Under the pieces are notes generated by a model, which searched no databases, was not told the DNA's origin, and was given only the letters and a program-made list of their open reading frames with translations. 64,000 nucleotides of DNA from Camelus ferus. Taxonomy: Eukaryota. The stretch lies in assembly GCF_009834535.1 (NCBI RefSeq), contig NC_045696.1, positions 78,990,001 to 79,054,000 of the forward strand. Direction: 5' to 3'. Positions 50,079-63,680 of the stretch are shown here, piece after piece (the stretch's first letter is position 1; each line of letters opens with the position of its first letter). The position numbers were made by a program, and so were the translations under genes.

Positions 50079-53000
50079 TGAGATAGTACCATTGCCAAGA
50101 CAAGACTCTGGTTGCTATTATTAGTGTCTGATGTAATGTCATACTTAGGAGAGAACATAACAAATGTAATATTTATCATACATAATTATCATACTTAAAT
50201 CATTGCTAAATTAGTAACCAGAGTATTTGAGTACATACATCTTATTAGAAAAGGCAGTTGTAAAGTAATAAAGAAATAACATATTAATAAGTGACTATGT
50301 TCATCACAAAGGCAATGATTTCAGTAATACTTGTATTTCGAAGAAAAAAAATTAGGTACAAATAGTTCTTCTCTCTAAACGATGAGACTACATTAATGAA
50401 TGATAAATGACACACAGAGGTCATTCTAGCTCTAACGGACTGTGATATAGCACTCCTGTTCACCTAGTTATTGTTTTCCTTTCAAGGAATACTTTCAAGC
50501 CACTGATTTACACTATCTTCTTAGCTGATACTTAATCAGTTAGAATTTTTGGAAAACAAATTTTTTTTTTAACTGTTGGGATTGTTATATGTGAACAATA
50601 GCAAGAAATACTCAAAATCCACTTGGTTCAAGGATGTCGTTTATAGTGTTGATGAAGAAAATAAATTAATTTCTACACAAAATAGAGTGGCACCTACTGA
50701 AAACGGAACTATGGTAGTTTTTCCACCTAAAATTATAGACCTTGATACCTTAACACTTAATAATTACAAAACAAGCTTTTGAATAAAATTATCTGTAAAT
50801 TTCCCATTGTCCTTCACTGCCAAACTTCAAAAGCTTTCTAAAAAGTAATTTTCAACAGACGTATGAGCTTCAACTTCCAGAAGGAAAAGAAATCAGAGCA
50901 ACAATGACAACGGCCTCCAGCTTCAATCAGTTGCTGCATCTCAGAGCCTGCCTGCAGGGCCAGGTGGCCCTAGAGCCCATCCATATCCTGCAGTCCTCAT
51001 GGAAAGTCAGCCCCTGGCCCATGGGGATAGGGCTGGTGGGCTCTTGGGGAAGGGGGGCAGCCCCTAGGACAGAGCTGGGACATTTCCACAGGACTGAAGC
51101 CTGATTGGTAATGGCTGTGATCAGCAGTGCCCGGGGGTCAGATGATGCCGAGAGGAGCCACATGCTGCCCAGTCACCTTCACTGCCTGGCAGCCCTGCCC
51201 AAGGATATACATAGCCATGCCTAGACATCTCCTTGCAACTTGATCAAATTTCTTAAAACAAATGAAGAACAAAAATGCACACTTCTTTTTTTCCTTCCTT
51301 TTAATAAACTCTCTATCATGGTTGGAAAAAAAAAAGTAATTTTCACTTCTCTAAAACTTTTTAATCACTCAACTTAGATCAATGGGTCTGAATCAAGTCG
51401 AAATGCCTAATAATAGTCTTAATTTTATGACATATCTTAATGACTCTTTATCCTTCCAGGGAAAAAGATTTCTTCTCCCTTCTCCCTCATACACACATAC
51501 CTAAAAGCCCATGAATAAATTAAAGAAACACATTGAGCTAGTCTTGTGGAATATCTAGACTTCCAATTATTTCCAAGTAAAATTCAGAGAGTTGACTTAA
51601 GTCAACAGATGGTTTGGGGCTTGTTTAAAGAAGAAATTATTTCACTCCATATGTAAGCTTGCGAGACATGCAATCAACTGCTGCACTTTTGCACATAATT
51701 TCTAGAATTCCATTTTAAGAAAATGCATCCAGAGAATATTCAGTAGATAACCAGTAACTTTAGAGTTTCTTCCCCTTTTAGAGTAGGCAAGACCTCATTA
51801 GCTTATCTTGCTGGTCCTTAATAAATTGGCTTGATGTTGCTGCTATTTTGATGTTATTTTTGTCTCAAATCCTTTTAATTAATTCTCTTGATAACTATTT
51901 TAAGCATTTTAATTAGCCATACTTGCACTTCCAGACTACTGAAGCTAAAAATAATACTGTATATCCTTTTAAGAATTAAGTAATCACTTATGCAAAGTTC
52001 TTCTGAGAGAGTTATTTCCTACGGGTTGACAGTACCTCTTAGCATGGCAACCAGGAAGGCTGATGTGCTTTATTCCTCTAGCTCTGCTCTTCTTTTTGGC
52101 TGGCCCATCCACAGTGCATTTACCAATTCCACTGGCTTTCCTCTGAGTGTAATGACTTTCCTTGTACTCTGTTAAAAATATATCCCCACAAATCAAGAAG
52201 AAGCAGATTCAGACTAAGTGGCTGAGAAGATTTACATTCTATTGCTAACCCAGTTATTACTCTGCTGAAAACCCCACAGCATCAATATAATGAATCCCTC
52301 AACTTCTGCAGCAAGCACAGTTTTTCTTCCCAACCTCATTGGCTCCCAACTTTCTGCTTGACCTTTTACAATCTGTGTGCGGCAGAACTTCATTACAACC
52401 TTTTAATGATGCACAAATGGCACACAACACCAAGGTCACAGAAGATCCCAAGTGAAAACTTTTCAAACACCACCAGAATAGATATCGAGACCTCATTTTA
52501 TTTAAACGGAAGGATAACCTCATGGAGAAATCATACCTTAGGATTCACTGCATTCCCCAAGGGCTGGTAATGCAAAATATTGACAGTGTGGTAAGTTGAA
52601 TAATTACGCTCAACAAACCTTTTTTAAGCAGAGAAGAATCTGATTTCTCAAGCTACAAATGGCTAAGAGATCTAAATGGCTCTTTTGGTGTTCTATCTCT
52701 GTGCTAGGAGGATAATAGCTTTAGAATTTCAACCCAGGCAGGTTTCATTATATAATTCACAACATTGATGTAAGCTCAAGAAGCCAACACTCTTATATAT
52801 TTTTTCTTATCAGCTTGAGCCAGCAAAAAGCACCTCAAAATCCTATTGTAAAGTAAGTTAAGAATGTGAAAAGCACAAAATTACAGCTTGGCTCTTCACA
52901 TGATTGATTGACTAAAGTGGAGGAATCTTGAAGGCGTAGGAGTAAGCAAGTTGAATTGTAGGGCAGGATGGGATGTGGCAAGAAAGAGGAAGGGAGAGTT

Positions 53001-53659
53001 TGATTCTGATCAGCAATCTCCTTCAAGAAAAATGAATATTTGCTTGGGGAGGGAGAGAGTGAAGGGAAAGAGCCTCAAGGAAAAGTTTAGTTCTATTTGC
53101 TTTAAACCTTACTGCTCAAGGAGAGTAAAGGAGAACACATGTTCCAGTTCTTTTTGCAGTTTTAAATCAGTTCCAGGGCTTTTTCCCATTTTCTCTTTTC
53201 CTGCCCTTCCTTTTTTTTTTTTTTTTTTTTTCTCTTTCTCTATTTCCACTTCAACTGAAAAAGTACAAGTCACTCATGGTGAAGCTGTGTGATCTGCTAA
53301 CATATAAGATGAAGTGTCCTGTTCAGGTTTAGTTGGAAAAGGGGAAACATTCCATTCATTGCTCCTCTACCATAGTCATCCTCCAACTCAAATTTCTGTT
53401 ATACAGTATATACTAAGTACCACGTGAAAGCACAAATCAAAAAAAAAAAAAAAAAAAAAAAGACTCTGAATTGAAAGCCTCCAGCCCAACACTGGTGGTA
53501 CCATAATGACTACTGTCAATGATCTGAGACAAGCTAAGTAATTTCTTTGGATACCTCTCCTCCAGCTCACACACTCATCAGCAGTTTTAAAGAAGACACA
53601 GATGAGAATCCAGAAGCCACAGAAATTGTTTCTAAATCCGTAAGGGCCTTGTGCCCTTA

Positions 53660-53900
53660 GATGCAGTGTGTAGAAGAATGTGAGTTATACTGTCATATAC
53701 AGCCAGGTTCAAATCTCCAGCTTACACACCTGACAGCCATGCAAATTCAACATAACTACTTAACTTCTCTGTGCCTCAGCTTCTTCCTGTCAATTAGTCA
53801 TAGCATCTAACTTGGGTAATTATTAAGAGAATTAGAAAAAATAATCCATATAGAGTTTGTTGCCCAGAGTTTGCCACTGAATGGATTCTCACTAACTGGT
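53660..53900 (+). mobile_element. MIR
   Basis: ccaggttcaaatctccagct...tacttaacttctctgtgcctcagcttc. Confidence 0.75.
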
Positions 53901-55522
53901 AAGAGGGTCATCACAAGGCATGTGACCTGATTCAAATATTGCAAGAAGTCATAGATGTTCATTTTCACCAAGTAGAGTCTTAAGATTGAAAATGGTGATT
54001 AGCTTAAGAAACAAGTATGGTTTTCCCAAGCTTTTTGCAGAAAAAGGCTGTCTGATTTGGTTAAGCACACTATTTAATAGGAAGTAGAGTTGGGATTCGC
54101 GGCAGATGCATTTTATATCCTATTTACCAATCTGATGACTAAAGTTCCTCCACATTCCGCTAAAAACCTCTTCACTTATAGCAGTTCCACTCTTAAGCCA
54201 TCCTATCCCATTGACACTGGAAAATACTATTATATGGAATCTAATAGAGTATCTTTCCCATGCAAATTTGCCATTGAGGCCATGATAACCCATGGCTTTA
54301 TTTCATAGTCTAAGTCAATGCTGGGGACAAAGTGATCCCTTTACTAGATTAACTAGATTAACTAGGCTAGCCCAGGAAGGAATACTAGATTGCACCATTT
54401 ACCCTGGCAGGCTCTCCGCCATAGGCTTCAGGGCCCGAACAGTGTGATGCCTGGCAGCTTTGGTAGTGAGCACAGATGGAGAATAATTGAGGTGCCCCAG
54501 TTAGCACCAGGCACATCGTGGAAGCTCAGAAAAGTACTAAACAGCAACAGGAAACTGTTCGTATTCTCTCTACATACAGCTGCTATACACGTTTGTGAAT
54601 ATATTTGTAGATCAGATTACTCACATTTCATCCTCAAGCCTGCAGGGTTGAATGTGAAAGGCTGGCATTTGCTTTAAGAGTTCTCAATATCTTGCCCAAG
54701 GATATGCTGAACCTTTGGCAATAAAAATCATCTATAGACAAGGCGGTATCAACAAATTCAGTGCTTTGTATGTGCCTGCATAGAGATTTGCTGCTTTAAA
54801 ATCTTAGAAAAATGGTATGGATGACTGTAAGGAATAAATTTTTCTACAATAACTGCAGATGGCATATATCTACCTCTAAACTATCCTTACATATTCTGGC
54901 AGAGTAGGTCAGGTAAAATTAATAATAGGAGATTTACTAATATTTGTATTAATATTTAAAATACATATGCAAGTTGATTTATGATGAAAATTCCTGAAGT
55001 AGTTTTGATTAGTATTCATTTATTTTCTCATGAATTCTTCAAGAAATATTTAAATATATATGAGTATTTACCTATTGTGTTTCAAGCAATTTGATAGGCC
55101 CTGGGAAATGGCAGGAAAGAAGCAAGACGAAATGCATAAATCTCTTTATTAGCGCTATAACATGGCACTCGTAATGCATTTTTCCAACATCTGTAAAAGT
55201 AAGATTTATATGCAGTGGAATGGGAAGTGTGTCCAATTCATGTGCTTTTATCTCATTTACCTGAAACAGGTACTCTCTAGTATAAATGCTTTACTTTGCC
55301 ATAAAATTTCATTACGGAATGTGTCAAAACGATTTACAAGCAAAATGGAGTTAAAGAAGTTAAGTTTTCATAATTCTAAAAAGTCAACTGTGAAAATAAA
55401 AACGGCCTCTCTGCCTAATTCCCCATGCACAGACTGCTTTTGCATGAAAAGTGATATAAAAGGCTTTGAACTCATTCACTTGACAAAGGAGACATAAAAA
55501 ATACTGGTAAATATAGTCTTAC

Positions 55523-55726
55523 CTGCCTTGTTACCATTTGCCATCTGCCACCTGCGACTGCATTCTACAGTCACTTCATTGCAAATGCAAAGAAGCCATC
55601 TTAGCCACAACTCTCTCTTCCTCAAAATCATAATCAATGCCCTGAGGTAACACCGATCCAAATATTTTACTCTTCTATATCTGACTTCACGAGGCCTCCT
55701 CTTCAGCATCTGAGGTTATCTCCTGT
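55523..55726 (-). other. Candidate spliced exon (204 nt), non-coding or first coding exon
   Basis: Minus-strand acceptor ttctacttcttttaccatag and donor GCAG|gtaaga. An ATG at 55709 is open through the donor. No homology recognised. Confidence 0.3.
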
Positions 55727-55959
55727 CTATGGTAAAAGAAGTAGAAGGACTTGACAAACCAAAGGAAGTGACTCCCACCCCACCCTACCCTAGGCAAGCT
55801 GGTTTATAATTGTACCCAGGGAATTCAACAATTCTAATTCCCTTATCTGAGGATGATTTCTTTTCTATATGGGAAGGTTATCCCTTTTTGACTGAGCTTT
55901 GCAAGGAATACAGATGGACAGGTGAAGGGGAAAAAAAACGGGACCCCACTTAGCAAGTC

Positions 55960-56720
55960 AGATGAGCACAATCAACTCTGGAGAATCAACGGGCGAAAGA
56001 TGTGGCAGCTAGACTGCCCTTCCACTGCCAGACACACCAAGACCACTGCGGGAGCAATGCTACTTTCATCTGGAGCTGGCTTCTGGTGGCAACGATAATA
56101 GATACGGAAGATTAGAAAACTTCACGGAGGGGCATTCCTCAAATCCAGTTGCCAAGCAACTCATTTTCATGTCCTGTGTTTTGGTGGAAGGTTTCGTACA
56201 TATATCCAATTATACGTTCACCTTTCTGCCTGGCCACCCGCAGACCTGGGGCTAGACTGTTGGCACAGGATGTCCAGGGGTCCCTGATGCCACATTAAGG
56301 TTCATCAGCTTCTCTGCAGGGGCTGGCTGCATTTTCTGCGAAGCACTGCGGCATTAACACATGTCTAATTACCAGGAAGCTTTCCCTTCCCCCACAAAAA
56401 CAGTGCCCTGACATATCAATGCCTCTAAATTTTGTTGTGACAAAAAAAACACCTAAGTTATGACTTACTTCTCTTCTCCTCTAATTACAATTTAGGGCCA
56501 ATTTAAAACCAATTAAGTTCTTGGGTTTTTTTTTCCCAGTCTGCCATTAATAGGCCCTAAATTACAAGAATATAAGACGCTGTGGAACATCAATCTACAG
56601 TCACAATACTTTCAGTAGAGTTGTCATGAAATTACAGAAGGATAACGAAATGATTGGGTGTAATTAGGCGGGAGGAAAATAGGGCCCAACTCAAACTGTC
56701 AATCAGCAGGTAATTAATTT
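55960..56720. promoter_or_regulatory. Candidate enhancer/promoter block
   Basis: Repeat-free, about 11 CpG in 55980-56350, RFX X-box at 56148-56160, TEAD CATTCC at 56133-56138, TAATTA cluster, PBX-MEIS/PREP decamer at 56696-56705. Confidence 0.5.
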
Positions 56721-57559
56721 TAAGGTAGAAAAATGAAAAAATATATATACATGGCTTAAAAGTCATATTATAAAACCTGCATTCCCCAATGGAAGGAAAG
56801 CATTCAAAGATGAATTAGAAATCCTTTATTATTAATTTGATCAAGTTCATTTTACCATAATAAATGACAAGTCTTCTCAATTTATTAAAATTGCCTGAAA
56901 GGAGAATGGTTTTCTTACGTCTGAAATACAACACTTGAGCTTATTAGCAAATGACATACAGAAATGTAATGTTTTATTAAATGGTTCATTACAGGAAAAT
57001 AGAAACAGAAATGGCCATTTATCTCTGAGGAGCAACTATAAAAATCCCATTATGTGCACTAGTCTTTGAGAACTTCTATGGTGAGAACTCTGAATTCTCC
57101 TTTGTGCTGCAAGTAAAACCTGCTCCAATGGAAGATTTAAGGTTTACTCCTCTTTTAAGAAAATTATAACCCTGAGTTAGTAGGAGAAAACCCAAGAAGA
57201 CTGTTTAAATGACATGTGAATGATAGTAATTCTGTATTACATATAATTCAATAAAGAGAAAAAAAATTATTCTCAGAAGGAAAAGATTAAAAAAGATCTT
57301 CCAGTCCATCTTTCTTCCCATCACATGAACTGCTTTCAGAAGCCCCAGAACCTGAATCTAAAAAACGACAGAAAGAAAAACTATTCTGCTTTTAACAAGA
57401 AAACACATTTGGAAGAGAATGAAGCATGATCTATGGGGAAAATGTAGACACAAGGAATCACCCAATACACCTATTGCATCACTGCAAATTATCTAAATGT
57501 ATTTCTGGATAAATAGGCTGTAAGATGTCAGGGGTAGGAGATTGATTTCAGGGGATAGA

Positions 57560-57730
57560 CCTTTGTGCAAATTCCCTTGGGCAAATTACTTAACCCCTTT
57601 AAGCTTTAGGGTCCTCATCTTTAAAGGGGGATGAAAATAGTATCTTTCTCAGAGAGTCGTGAGGATTAAGTAGTAGAGATAATGCATACAAAGCCCTGAG
57701 CACAATACTTGGCATGTAATCTGCTCTTAC
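57560..57730 (+). mobile_element. MIR
   Basis: ccttgggcaaattacttaacc...tcctcatct...gtgaggattaa...agcacaatacttggcatgta. Confidence 0.8.
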
Positions 57731-57914
57731 AGGAAACCACAATGTAGATCTAGGTTCTGTTGGAACAGATAAAACTGGCTGTAATGAACTTCTCGAAGAG
57801 GCAAACAGAACAAACTCAATGTCCGGGTGAATTGAATAGATGCACCTGACGTCAAGAATGTTGTGAATTTATTTATAATAAGATTATGGAAAAAGAAGTC
57901 AGGTATATATGAGT

Positions 57915-58020
57915 ATAATTATTGCTAACATTTACGGACTGCTTATAATACAGCAAGCACAGTCTTATCTGTTTTATATGTTAATCATTCAATTCTCACC
58001 AAAAATCTGGAGACAGGTTC
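57915..58020 (-). mobile_element. MIR 3' fragment
   Basis: gctaacatttac...ttaatcattcaattctcac. Confidence 0.5.
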
Positions 58021-58479
58021 CACTGGTGCTTGTCTGGCTCTTCCACTAGCTGTCTGAAGATGGGGATTATGTTTTAGGAGCAGGACCAAACACGATACAT
58101 GACATTCAGCTGCTTAGGAGCTGTGGACTGAAACCATGAATGAATCTTTCCAAAAATGCCCTAGATCTTTCATTTTAATTACACATTCTGCAAGGCAAGT
58201 CCAAATGGCTCCCTCTCCAGATCTCTCTCTAGAGAAATCTGCCAGAGGCCCAACTAGATATTCTAGCCCCATAAAACAAGTCATGATTTCTTGATCAGAT
58301 CATGAATTCATAATCAATAACTTTTTTTTTCCTTGTCCTTCCTGTGCCTGCCAATTTCCTCTTCTTCCAGGGCTAATTCAAATACTGTTTCTTCAACGCA
58401 ATCTCCAGTTCCTTCAACCAGAATTCATAACTCCCTATTCTGTGTTACCAGAGCCATTTAATGCCCTCTGGTTCATTTG

Positions 58480-58830
58480 GTGACTCATTTATTCAGTAAT
58501 TAAATATTAAACATCAGTGATGACTACCAGGCACTTTCAGGCACTGAGAGAAACAGAGGCATTTCATTTAAAGTGTTCATACTCAGAAAAGTAAACCCAT
58601 ATGCTCCAAAGCAGGAAATAAGGGCTGTGATATGTGCAGAAGATAAGCACAGTAATGGGGCTTTGAGTCACAGTCTCGGAAGGCTTTCTAAAGGAGGTGA
58701 CTTGAAGTGCTGAATTTTGACAGCTAGTCAGGGGTTAGCTGGGAGAAAAAGTCAGGGTTTTTCCAGCAAGGAGAAACCACCAGTGGAATGGCAGAGGGTG
58801 CCTCGTGGTTTGCAAACTGAATGTAATTTA
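58480..58830 (-). mobile_element. L2 fragment
   Basis: ctcatttattcagtaat...ccaggcactttcaggcactgag...ggaaggctttctaaaggaggtgac. Confidence 0.7.
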
Positions 58831-60359
58831 AAAGAGTGTTACTTAAAACCATGATCCACCAACTCGCAGGCAGACTGTCCAAAAGAAATTAAGTTCAGAA
58901 TTTGGGAGTAAGCATGTAGAAACTTCTATGGAAATTTGACCCTGCTGTGACACCACAGCGTCAGGGGACTCATCATTGCCTCACATGGTACAGCTTAATT
59001 CTCATGTTGTTGAACGAGCGAGTCACACACGGCATGAGCAGTGTCCTAGTCACACGTGCTAGGGACCATGTATGTGTCCAATGTGAATTAGAAATAAAAC
59101 AAACAAACAAAAGCAACTGGTCTTTCCACCCAGTTGAAGAAGCAGCAGTTTAGAACACCTGAAGCCCAGGAAGGAGGGATGGAAAGAAACTAAGAAACAG
59201 AGGAAATGGAGACTCAGATCATGAAGGTTTATGTGGACCAACCATAACAAGTTTTATTACAGAACTCATTTAATTCGTACTCTCAAGATTATAAACTCTT
59301 TGTCAATGACTGACTTTATTTCAGACATCTTTGTGTTCCTCCCAACTGTCAAATAATTTTTGAGTACAGTTATTTGGGTGTGCGTGGTATCCTGCATAGA
59401 AAGAGTCTAGTTGGTCTTCGTGTACTAATTGAACCTTTCTTCATGTGTTTGTGCAACCACTTTGCTAGTTTTTAAAACACTGACTTTGGTTTACCAAATC
59501 TGCAGTGTTCCATTTTGTTTAGTTACTCAGAGTGCTGAGCTAGGCACCGGGGAGCTGGCCATGAACTTGAGCCAGTTCCTGCTGTCTACTTGCTCATAAC
59601 TCAGTGGAAACTCTTGAAAGCCCATATCTGTAGTTTATAATAAAGCAATATTTTGAACAAATTAGTTCTTTACAAAAGTCTGGCAAGCTGTTGTTATGTC
59701 CTTAAAAGTTCCAGTGATCTTCCCAAGACTACTTAAGTTTTAGGAACCTGTTCGGATTTGAATTGACTACAGAAAAAATATTGAAGAAGTTTGCCATGAG
59801 TATTTCCTATACTGAAAAAGCTCAGCATTTTCCATAACTGTGAAGGAAGGCAACCATTTTAAAGCCTTCAACGTTGGGGATTTTCTTCTCTAATAACTAG
59901 ACACCCAAGGAGATGTAACAAAATGAAACAAAGGAGCAACTGAAGAGTAAATGTAGGGAAAGCAGGAAGAGGGTTAGGGAGTTGGGAAAGACAGCAGAGA
60001 CAGGGTGACTCTAGAGAAAAAGAAAGAAGGGCAAGGAAGGGACAAAGCCTAAAGGGAAACATTTGTTAGTTAGTACCTGGAGCTCAAGGATCATTTAGAC
60101 TCACCCTAACTATCGGTCTTTTTCCAGACACTCATCCATCAAAATACGGATTTCAAGAGTATACCAGGGTTTACTTGGAATGTTTTCAAACTAACAGAAG
60201 TTCAGTAGAACCAACTGAAAAAAGAACAATCAACTAAATATGATGCCAGAACTGTATATAAATATAGAGTCAATTTCAAATGGTGCATTCAGAGTTAATA
60301 AAATGGTTTTTTTATAAGACCACCAGATGCATAGATTTTAAAAATAGAACAATGGTCAT

Positions 60360-60610
60360 TTGTCTCTTGCCTCACAGTTTGCAAAATACTTTCAACTTCA
60401 TCATCATACAGAATTATCATCACAGCATGGAGACCTGAGTGGAACAAGGAATTTTACTCCTACGTTGTTGATGAGCAGACTGAGACTCAGGGATAGCAAG
60501 GAACTGGCCTCTAATTACATGATATTAAGTCTTGAAGGCAAAAGACTTACCCAAGTTGGTTTTTTAAGGGTCAATTTCAAGGCACTTTCTTCCACACTCC
60601 ACTATCCCCC
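60360..60610 (-). mobile_element. MIR fragment
   Basis: gatgagcagactgagactcagggatagcaaggaactggcc. Confidence 0.55.
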
Positions 60611-63484
60611 TAAAAGATAATATTGCTCTGACAGAATGCAATAATTCTATAAAGTCCTATACATGTGCTTGGGGAATAGTACAAGGCTAGGCATGGAGTA
60701 CAAATAACCTCATTCTGCAGTGTTCCTCCCTGGGTAAGGTAGTGATTAGTTAGCCATAAAGCATTATTGTCACATCTATTTTGTTAGAAGCATTTTTGGT
60801 AGAGGATTGCTGCTACTTTCACAAGCAGTTGGCACTGTAATAATCTCTACTGATTAAGTCAAATTGGGAATTCTCTAGAAGTCTACTGGTTGTGAATTTT
60901 GTTGTTAACTTTGCAGTACTGGAAATCTCACAGATTTTGCCATTTGTGTCAGTGACACAATACCGAATACCGAATACCCTCTAATAAAAGCATCCAATTA
61001 CCCACCTTTGTCTTATTAATGATGAATATGACGAGAATTTAGATAAGTGATATAGTAAAATATTAGCCTCGAGGCTCCCCATCACATAAATTTGGTTGGT
61101 TCCATTTGACTTTTATTGCCATATTAAAATACATTTGTATATCACCCTACTTAACACATTAAAATCTATGCTATAATAAGAAATACAGTTATTCACTAAA
61201 ATGTATTCAAGTTAAAAAATGAGCAGTTCCCAATGAAATTTTCTTCATGGTTTTTTAAAGTGTTGATGCCTACTTATTAAAAAGTATGCTTTCTCAAGTA
61301 TATTCTTTGCTCAGGTTTTTAAAAATCTCATCATTTCTCTTGTTAACTCTTCTATGAAGCCGCCAGAGAAAACAATACACTTATGAAGAAAAAGGAAAAG
61401 TAGAACATGCTATCAAAAGAGGCCAGAACTGTGTCTGCGTCTTTCTCACACATGCATTACAGACCTGAGTAATTTTTCTTCCTACCCAACACATATCTTC
61501 TCTTTGCCCCAGATTGAAATGACACCTCATTTTACATTTCCCATCTGGCACATTCATGAACTGGTTCACAGAGGAAAGAACCCAGCAACATCCTAATATG
61601 AGTGTGAGGCTGCAAGTAAAAAAAGAAATTAACATCTCACTCAAGAATTGCTTAGAGGTTGTGAGCCTTGAGTTAAGTGTTAAAACAGATTATGCTACAT
61701 GAATAGCTAAACTTCTCCACAGAGGGGAGGGAGGTCTTTACTGGCACTGGAAAGGCAGAGAATCCAAGTGTCTAGAACTATAACTGTCAAGCACACAAAT
61801 CTGTATCTCCTTCCCATAGTATCACATTGCATCTTTATTCAGACAAACAGAAAACTAGACAGAGCAAAAACATATGAAGCTTATCTGTCTGCCAGACTTT
61901 TTACTTTTGGGTGAGTGGCATCAAGATTTTAATGACACAAAGCATAATTCTACATTCTTTTTGAGGCTCTCACGCAAGCTAATGCCCCTTGCTCTCGAGC
62001 AACACTTCCTTTTATTAGTTTGATCCCATTAGTTCTCCCCATAGCCCTGAGTACTGTAATTACCCTCTTCCTTCAGTTTTCGTGACATGCCCTGGTTTAT
62101 AAGCTATTCTGTCCCATTCATGTCCTCTAATCTCTGAAGCATCCTCCAGGCGTCCATGTAGAGCTGATTGCCATACATAAGGGTAAGAGAAAGTCAGAGC
62201 CATTCCAAATCGATTGTAAGAAATCTGCCTTGCAGCCAGTTAGTTCTGTTGCAGCAAAAGCCGATTCACGTAAAGCAAAAAGGGAGCTCTCCTTGGTGAA
62301 TGTGGCAGCTGACCAGCTCACAAAGGTGAGAATGGAACTGTCTCATCAGTGAAACTGCAGGTCTGGCAACCCTTCAGAGGGACATGCCAAATCTTCATTT
62401 ACTCTGTCTCTTAAACTGGGGCTATGAAATTGAGCCCACATGGGCCTAATCACAAATCAGCCTCTAATAACACTGTAAGTGGCACCCTGGAATAGGAGAC
62501 CAGAGGGAACTTAGGTGAGTCACTTGATTCTTTGAATTCCAGTTCCTTTATCTTAAGAGTAAAATCTTATTTCCTAATGAAATGGTATCTGGAACCACAT
62601 TAAGGAAAACATATCAAAGCAGAGTTGGTGCAGCAGAACCAGAAGTAGGGAGCCAGGGACCTTCCTGCTTGGTCTCTTGCCTCCTGCAGTTGGCCATGAG
62701 GGAAGTCCAGAGAACATTAGAATCACATAGAACTCGTTTGAAAACTGTGGAATCAGTGATTTCACACACTCACCCAGCCCCCTATGAAATGCCCCTGCAG
62801 TTTTGAGTAATTCTACTAACAACATCCTTAGGAGCACTGGTAAGCGTATCACTTCACGATGCTTCCTGACTGTAGGACTCCAGAGACAGCCAAGCCTCTG
62901 CCCAGGATCTGACCTCTCAGCCCAGCACTCCCTTCTGTTTGTGAGGAGACTCATGCTCAGCTGGTCAGACAAATAGGAGTGACACTTCTCACCCTCCGAG
63001 CAATAACTCTAGTCCCCATTTCACCACTCGCTCTTGTGATTCTAGAATGTTCTTCAACATTCATGAGTTCACTTTAAAGACAGTATCAGCTTAGAGAAGA
63101 AAAAGCTTTAGAGAAACTCTTGATGAAAAAGAGGCCAAGTGGCTGGGGTGGTAAGGTTTTGATGGAGGGAAGGCCCAAAAGAACAGTATAATTAACTTCG
63201 TCTTTTACTCTAAAGCAGAGCCTCTTCTCTGCACCCTGTCACAACATTAGTTGTCAAATGGTGACATTGCTTATTTTATGTTAAATGATGCAATATTGTC
63301 TAACAGTTGATTACAGACTTTGTGATAAATACCGGGTCAATCTGATTCATAGTCATGCTAGAAAAATGCAAAACAAAACAAAACAAGAAGAAGTTTCAAA
63401 GTAGCAATCTCACTGAATTGGATTGCTTTCTTTTCATGGTGATTGATACAGGTATCAGCTAAAAACATGATCTCAAAGTGATTT

Positions 63485-63680
63485 TTCTGGGCGCTCCAAG
63501 TCCCCCTCCCTGAGGCCAGCACCGCAGCAGCCAATAGCAGCGCCCATTCTTTTGAACCCAACTCGCTTGGCTCTAGTCACTAGAATTCTACAACCGCAGC
63601 GCCTTGCCTTTGAAATAAAATGTGATTCTGAATTACAGTTGAAGATAGAAGTGTTGTTCACCTTCGGTATAAAATTCAGA
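63485..63680 (+). promoter_or_regulatory. Candidate promoter-like element
   Basis: 7 CpG in about 180 bp, CCCCCTCCC SP/KLF box at 63502-63510, CCAAT at 63531-63535, TATAAAA at 63668-63674. Confidence 0.35.

Noticed and set aside
51591..51606. Perfect 16-bp palindrome gttgacttaagtcaac
   Set aside because: Roughly one or two such palindromes are expected by chance in 64 kb of AT-rich DNA.
54343..54365. 9-bp tandem repeat (actagatta)
   Set aside because: Only about 2.5 copies; common micro-duplication.
60959..60978. 7-bp tandem repeat (aataccg), about 3 copies
   Set aside because: Short micro-duplication with no supporting context.
62574..62972. 132-aa minus-strand ORF
   Set aside because: Non-ATG start, no recognisable homology and no supporting splice pattern.
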